A DNA stretch of 51,532 nt from a virus. Lineage: Duplodnaviria > Caudoviricetes. The notes beneath the pieces are model-generated. The model saw only the letters and a program-made list of their open reading frames with translations, did no database searches and was not told the DNA's origin. How positions within the stretch are numbered: the stretch's first letter is position 1; every line of letters starts with the position of its first letter. The position numbers were made by a program, and so were the translations under genes. This document shows positions 47,466-51,532 of this stretch, in pieces. Location of the stretch: positions 1 to 51,532 of IMG/VR virus record IMGVR_UViG_3300016474_000704. One strand, given 5' to 3'.

Positions 47466-47719
47466 AACGGGTTGTATAAATTTCTAATTGCCTTACCCAA
47501 ATCTTGATTATTAGGGTACTGTTTGATTAAAGCTTGAATTTCAGGAATAATAGACATTTCCTTTTTAACATATTGAGCAGCATCTAATAACTCCTCATAT
47601 AAATGATTCATGTAATCATCTTTATTGTTTTGATCTAAAGTAGTATTATATTTTTTAATACCACGTTCACTTCTTGATCTTAAATCTTCTATAACTGCTT
47701 CTGTGATTTTATCTATCAT
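47462..47719 (-). CDS. Small all-alpha NTP pyrophosphohydrolase-like protein
   Basis: RGIKKY, EELLDAAQY. Confidence 0.55.
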   Translation of the reverse strand: MIDKITEAVIEDLRSRSERGIKKYNTTLDQNNKDDYMNHLYEELLDAAQYVKKEMSIIPEIQALIKQYPNNQDLGKAIRNLYNPF

Positions 47720-48126
47720 TTTAATAACTTTTTAATTTCTTTATCATCAACACCTCTTTTTTTTAAAATACTCTTAATAGTATCGCTGTGATGCATATGA
47801 TAATACTCATATGCCTCACGTAGAGAACATTCATAGTGAGAAGCTATATGCTGTAATAGCTCTTCTTTAGTTTTAGTTTTAGAGGATTTGATATATTTTA
47901 AAAACATGTTTTTCTTTGGAATCATATATAAATATAGTTTATATATTTTTTCCTTTTCAGTATAAGGAATATTTTGAATTAGGTTTACAAACTCAATATA
48001 CTCAGGATTCATACTGAGGAAGCGATGTATCATATATGGATTAAATGATGCTCTGTCTTCCTCAGTAAATGAGTCCCAAGATTGTTTTTCGTAAGTAATT
48101 TGTTTAAGCCAATCAAATATTTGCAT
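47716..48126 (-). CDS. Clamp loader A subunit (T4 gp62-like)
   Basis: FNPYMIHRFLSM, IPKK, IASHYECS..EA; near the gp44-like gene. Confidence 0.7.
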   Translation of the reverse strand: MQIFDWLKQITYEKQSWDSFTEEDRASFNPYMIHRFLSMNPEYIEFVNLIQNIPYTEKEKIYKLYLYMIPKKNMFLKYIKSSKTKTKEELLQHIASHYECSLREAYEYYHMHHSDTIKSILKKRGVDDKEIKKLLK

Positions 48127-48355
48127 ATTCATCACGAATATCTTTAGGTAACAACTCTACTAATACCTTACCTGTTTTAACATCATAAAAACAAGGAATA
48201 GGAATAACTGCGTCTTCAGTGGTGCCTGCTACAAATTTAGAAATTTTTCTTAGAATTACACCTTCTGTGAAAACATGGTTACCTTCAGGTGAAGTAATAG
48301 GTGTTGAAGCCTTAATGTCAACATTGACATTGAGTAATTTTTCTGTTTTATTCAT
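48113..48355 (-). CDS. Hypothetical protein, in frame with the upstream thyA fragment
   Basis: Probable native start MNKTEK at 48355. Confidence 0.65.
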   Translation of the reverse strand: MNKTEKLLNVNVDIKASTPITSPEGNHVFTEGVILRKISKFVAGTTEDAVIPIPCFYDVKTGKVLVELLPKDIRDEYANI

Positions 48356-48385
48356 TTTATTGTATTGTTTGTTATAATTTTTATT

Positions 48386-48448
48386 TTCTAAACCATTGTC
48401 AAGGATGTCTTGAAGGAGTGCTGTGTATTGTTTATCTAGGTTGTTCAT
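48386..48448 (-). pseudogene. thyA: thyA 5' fragment (~21 codons)
   Basis: MNNLDKQYTALLQDILDNGLE versus GNDLDIAYQDLLQDILDNGIE in the intact gene. Confidence 0.7.
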
Positions 48449-49331
48449 TGTATTTTCTTATTCTAACTACATCAACGTTATCAATCCTTTCAATTTCAAG
48501 GTATTCATTATCCCAATCATGTGTAGATGTTGGGGAAAATCTTTCACCACCAATAAATCCATCTCCAAACTCAACTTTAATTGGGTTTTCTTCATATTGT
48601 CTATTTCTAACTTCAGCAGTAATTTCTTTAAATTCTTCTTCGTTTCTAATGTATCTTTTATTTGAGTTGTTCATATTGCGATTTTTATTTTTATATTCCC
48701 AAATATAATTAAAAGATGTATATTTTCCTAATTTATTTTTATCTCTTTGTCTAATTATATTTTTTTCATTATTACGACAACAATTATTTATAGCTGTGTA
48801 ACTTAAGTTTAATGTTTGAGATGCTAATTTACCAGTTTCCCATTCTTTAACAACATTACCATTTAAATCCTTTTGCAATACGGGGCGGCCAAATGATTTA
48901 GATGATGATTTAGATAAATTTTTTTTCCATTTATCAGTTTTAGAATGCCCTTCCATTGCTTTACTTATAGCATGTTTATGTTCTGTGCTTAAAGGTATAC
49001 CTTTATGAGCCATTGATATTTTATTTTTAGTACTTTTTGATAACGGTTTATATTTTCTTCCTTCCCATGAACCATAAGCTTTATTTGTTCTATTATAAAA
49101 CTCAGGGTTAGATTTTACATTAAAAAAATTCAGCCAATATTCTTCTCTTTGCCATAATTCTTCTTTAGATGAACAGTGTTCTAAAATTTCTTTTTTAAAA
49201 TTTTCTTTACCATATTTTTTAATGGCTTTTTTTAAATCTAAACCACTTCCTAAGTATTTAGGGTTATTAGTTACATCTTTACCAATATATTTTTTACCAT
49301 TAATAAGGTTTATTGTTTGATATATTACCAT
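48432..49331 (-). CDS. GIY-YIG homing endonuclease with NUMOD3/NUMOD1-like modules and C-terminal fusion
   Basis: VIY...YIG, YLGSG, REEYW, FYN; KNKISMAHKG and HKHAISKAMEG; YIWEYK. Confidence 0.88.
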   Translation of the reverse strand: MVIYQTINLINGKKYIGKDVTNNPKYLGSGLDLKKAIKKYGKENFKKEILEHCSSKEELWQREEYWLNFFNVKSNPEFYNRTNKAYGSWEGRKYKPLSKSTKNKISMAHKGIPLSTEHKHAISKAMEGHSKTDKWKKNLSKSSSKSFGRPVLQKDLNGNVVKEWETGKLASQTLNLSYTAINNCCRNNEKNIIRQRDKNKLGKYTSFNYIWEYKNKNRNMNNSNKRYIRNEEEFKEITAEVRNRQYEENPIKVEFGDGFIGGERFSPTSTHDWDNEYLEIERIDNVDVVRIRKYNEQPR

Positions 49332-49382
49332 AGTTATTTAGTTATCAATCATAAATATATCAAGATTGATAAAGAAATAATT
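49332..49382 (-). promoter_or_regulatory. Late-motif hairpin over the GIY-YIG initiation region
   Basis: UUAUCAAUC/GAUUGAUAA perfect 9 bp plus outer stem; ATATTTAT in the loop. Confidence 0.65.
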
Positions 49383-50303
49383 CTAAACAATGGTTTTTAA
49401 TATAGAAGCAATCAAAGCGCAAACATTGATTTCTTTATCAATTCTAAAATTGGCATGATACATATAATTTTCTATTTCAATGATAATAGATGCTTTGGTA
49501 ATATCATCTTTACCATACTCATCTAGATTATCATATAGGAATCTATAAATTTCTTCAAAATCATCCAAATTACTATCAGCAAGTGTTTGTCTGATGTTTT
49601 TAAAACTGTTTTTGTTTGTTGATTTTAATTCTTTTAAGATAGCATCTTTATAGCTACTTGATGTTAGAATTGAGTTATCAACTTTTAATTTACTATCAAC
49701 TGTATTTACTTGACAAGTATTAAGTATTTTTCTAACATCAGGATAATGTTTATTGACTACTAAAACTAAGTCATTTAGCTCATAGTTAATACTTTCCTGT
49801 TCTAAAATACCAGCTACATGTTGCGCTACTTCCTTTTTAGATGGAGGAGTAATTTTTAATACTTGACATCGGGATTGAAGGGGATCGATGATACGTTCAA
49901 GATAATTACATGTTAAGATAAAACGTGTAGTACGAGAATATGTTTCAATAATGTTTCGAAGTGATGCTTGGGCTTGAATAGTCAAGAAATCAGCTTCATC
50001 TAAAATAATAACTTTAATAGACTTAAATGAAGCACTTGAGGCAAATCCTTGTACTTTATCCCTAATTGTATCAATACCTCTTTCATCACTAGCATTAATA
50101 TAGAGAAAATCACAATCTATATTATTAACAATTAGTTTTGCTAATGTAGTTTTACCTGTACCAGGTGTACCATACAATAACAAATTTTGAATATCGTTTT
50201 TAGCAATATATTGAGATACAATTTGTTTTAATTGTTCATTACCAACATATTCATCTAATACTTTACTTCTGTATTTTTCAACAAATAAACTATTCATTTT
50301 CAT
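49383..50303 (-). CDS. Clamp loader AAA+ subunit (RFC small / T4 gp44-like)
   Basis: EKYR, GTPGTGKT, INASDERGID, DEAD, QSRC; start revised to MKMNS. Confidence 0.92.
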   Translation of the reverse strand: MKMNSLFVEKYRSKVLDEYVGNEQLKQIVSQYIAKNDIQNLLLYGTPGTGKTTLAKLIVNNIDCDFLYINASDERGIDTIRDKVQGFASSASFKSIKVIILDEADFLTIQAQASLRNIIETYSRTTRFILTCNYLERIIDPLQSRCQVLKITPPSKKEVAQHVAGILEQESINYELNDLVLVVNKHYPDVRKILNTCQVNTVDSKLKVDNSILTSSSYKDAILKELKSTNKNSFKNIRQTLADSNLDDFEEIYRFLYDNLDEYGKDDITKASIIIEIENYMYHANFRIDKEINVCALIASILKTIV

Positions 50304-50308
50304 ATAAC

Positions 50309-50343
50309 CTAATATAATAAAAAAGGCCTGGTTTCCCAAGCCT
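50309..50343 (-). terminator. Intrinsic terminator nested in a promoter-like sequence
   Basis: AGGCUUGG-GAAA-CCAGGCCU plus U-tract; CTTG-N20-TATATTAG. Confidence 0.75.
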
Positions 50344-50354
50344 AATTTAAAATT

Positions 50355-50615
50355 TTACTGATAGTCTCCATAAATGTCATAACGTTTAGGTGGCTCAGGT
50401 GCAATTTCAACTTCTTGAGAGTGAATAGCATACAATTCACTTTTTAGAGGAGCTAATCTATATTCACATGGTCTCCTAGTTAGTTGAAAATACGCTTCTA
50501 AAGCATCAGTTATTGAAGCATATACTTTAGTCTTATCACCTACAAGCGTCCACCTGTCTCCAGGTGGTACGCGTGTAGCAATTAGTTCTAGTTGTTCTTG
50601 GATTTCGATTTTCAT
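50355..50615 (-). CDS. Hypothetical protein
   Basis: RVPPGDRW; coupled to the groEL stop. Confidence 0.7.
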   Translation of the reverse strand: MKIEIQEQLELIATRVPPGDRWTLVGDKTKVYASITDALEAYFQLTRRPCEYRLAPLKSELYAIHSQEVEIAPEPPKRYDIYGDYQ

Positions 50616-51532
50616 TAATACATTCCTCCCATTCCACCCATCATATCATCCTGCTTATTTTCTTCAGGCTTATCTACAACAGTACATTCAGTTAATAGAA
50701 TTGTTCCGGCTACTGAAGCTGCGTTTTCAATAGCTGTGCGAGTTACTTTAGTTGGGTCAATGATTCCAGCTTGTTTCATATCAACAAACTTTTGTGTTTC
50801 AAGATTATAACCTCTCCAGTTATCACGAACAACAAATAAGTTATTGATTACTTGGTATGATTCCATTTCTTCATAACCAGCATTGGTAAGAATTTTCATA
50901 AATGGTGAGGCACATGCTTTGAAAACAATATTTCCACCTACAGTGTCTTTGTTTGTAATTGCTTCGCGAGCATATAGTAGAGCAGAGCCACCTCCAGGTA
51001 CAATACCTTCTTCAATTGCGGCTTTAGTTGCTTGCAAGGCATCATCCACACGGTCTTTCTTTTCTTTGACCTCGGTTTCAGTATTACCACCTACATGAAT
51101 AATTGCTACTCCTCCGACGAACTTCGCAAGCCTTTCTTGTAATTTTTCTTGTTCGAAAGGGGTCTTTGCTTTTTCGATTTGTTGTTGAAGTTCTTCAATA
51201 CGTGTTTGTATTCTCTCAGATTGTCCTTTTCCATCGACAATTGTTGTTTGGTCTTTTGTTACTGTTACTAAACGGGCCTCGCCAAACCACTTCCAATCGA
51301 ATTTGTCTAGCTTCATGCCCTTATCAGTACTAAATACCTCACCTCCTGTCAAAATAGCAATATCGTCCAAAAGCAATTTTCTACGGTCACCAAAGTCAGG
51401 TGCTTTTACAGCTGCTACTTTAATAGTACCTCGCATTTTATTTACAATAAGTGTTGCGAGTGCTTCACCTTCTAAATCTTCTGCAATGATAAACAATGGC
51501 TTTCCTTGATTAGATACTGCTTCCAATACTGG
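50615..51532 (-). CDS. groEL: Chaperonin GroEL (5' end outside window)
   Basis: AVKAPDFGDRRK, EKLQERLAK, EEGIVPGGG, GIIDPTKV, GGM tail. Confidence 0.97.
   Translation of the reverse strand, partial: PVLEAVSNQGKPLFIIAEDLEGEALATLIVNKMRGTIKVAAVKAPDFGDRRKLLLDDIAILTGGEVFSTDKGMKLDKFDWKWFGEARLVTVTKDQTTIVDGKGQSERIQTRIEELQQQIEKAKTPFEQEKLQERLAKFVGGVAIIHVGGNTETEVKEKKDRVDDALQATKAAIEEGIVPGGGSALLYAREAITNKDTVGGNIVFKACASPFMKILTNAGYEEMESYQVINNLFVVRDNWRGYNLETQKFVDMKQAGIIDPTKVTRTAIENAASVAGTILLTECTVVDKPEENKQDDMMGGMGGMY

Noticed and set aside
48432-49331. GIY-YIG gene inside a self-splicing intron
   Set aside because: The flanks are too short for group I core elements and the clamp-loader gene ends intact; it appears free-standing.
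2000-51509. All plus-strand ORFs in the track
   Set aside because: They are antisense shadows of minus-strand genes, or low-complexity ORFs in the 3351-3712 repeat region, with no recognisable motifs.
1-51532. Stop-codon reassignment
   Set aside because: Conserved enzymes are full length in the standard code; TAA, TAG and TGA all end genes at expected places.

Overview
Segment of a large lytic dsDNA phage genome, probably a jumbo phage, infecting a Bacteroidota host. Nearly every real gene is on the minus strand. Host evidence: TTTG-N20-TAnnTTT-type promoters, A-rich start contexts without Shine-Dalgarno sites, signal peptides cleaving to Gln, and T9SS sorting domains. Read right to left, the window holds: partial GroEL; a clamp loader (gp44-like and gp62-like) split by a GIY-YIG insertion carrying a thyA 5' fragment; a Cas4-like nuclease; a ~14.5 kb glycosylation cluster (Gmd + ColD-like + ColC/Fcl, an apparent GDP-colitose pathway, plus Glf, GT10, GT11, GT2, GT4 and a methyltransferase); small genes (TraR/DksA finger, HNH, SWIM, ClpP-like); thyA; three secreted proteins with type IX secretion C-terminal domains, including an intact S8 protease; a lysis-like cassette; many small hypothetical genes; two tRNAs and one tRNA-like RNA; a repeat-rich region; and an array of single genes, each with its own promoter. 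No capsid or terminase genes are in the window. The strongest candidates for new biology are the phage-encoded T9SS cargo, the colitose/fucose glycosylation cassette, and a recurring arrangement in which an ATATTTATA motif sits in the loop of a hairpin that masks the start region. All calls are by eye from motifs; no database searches were run.
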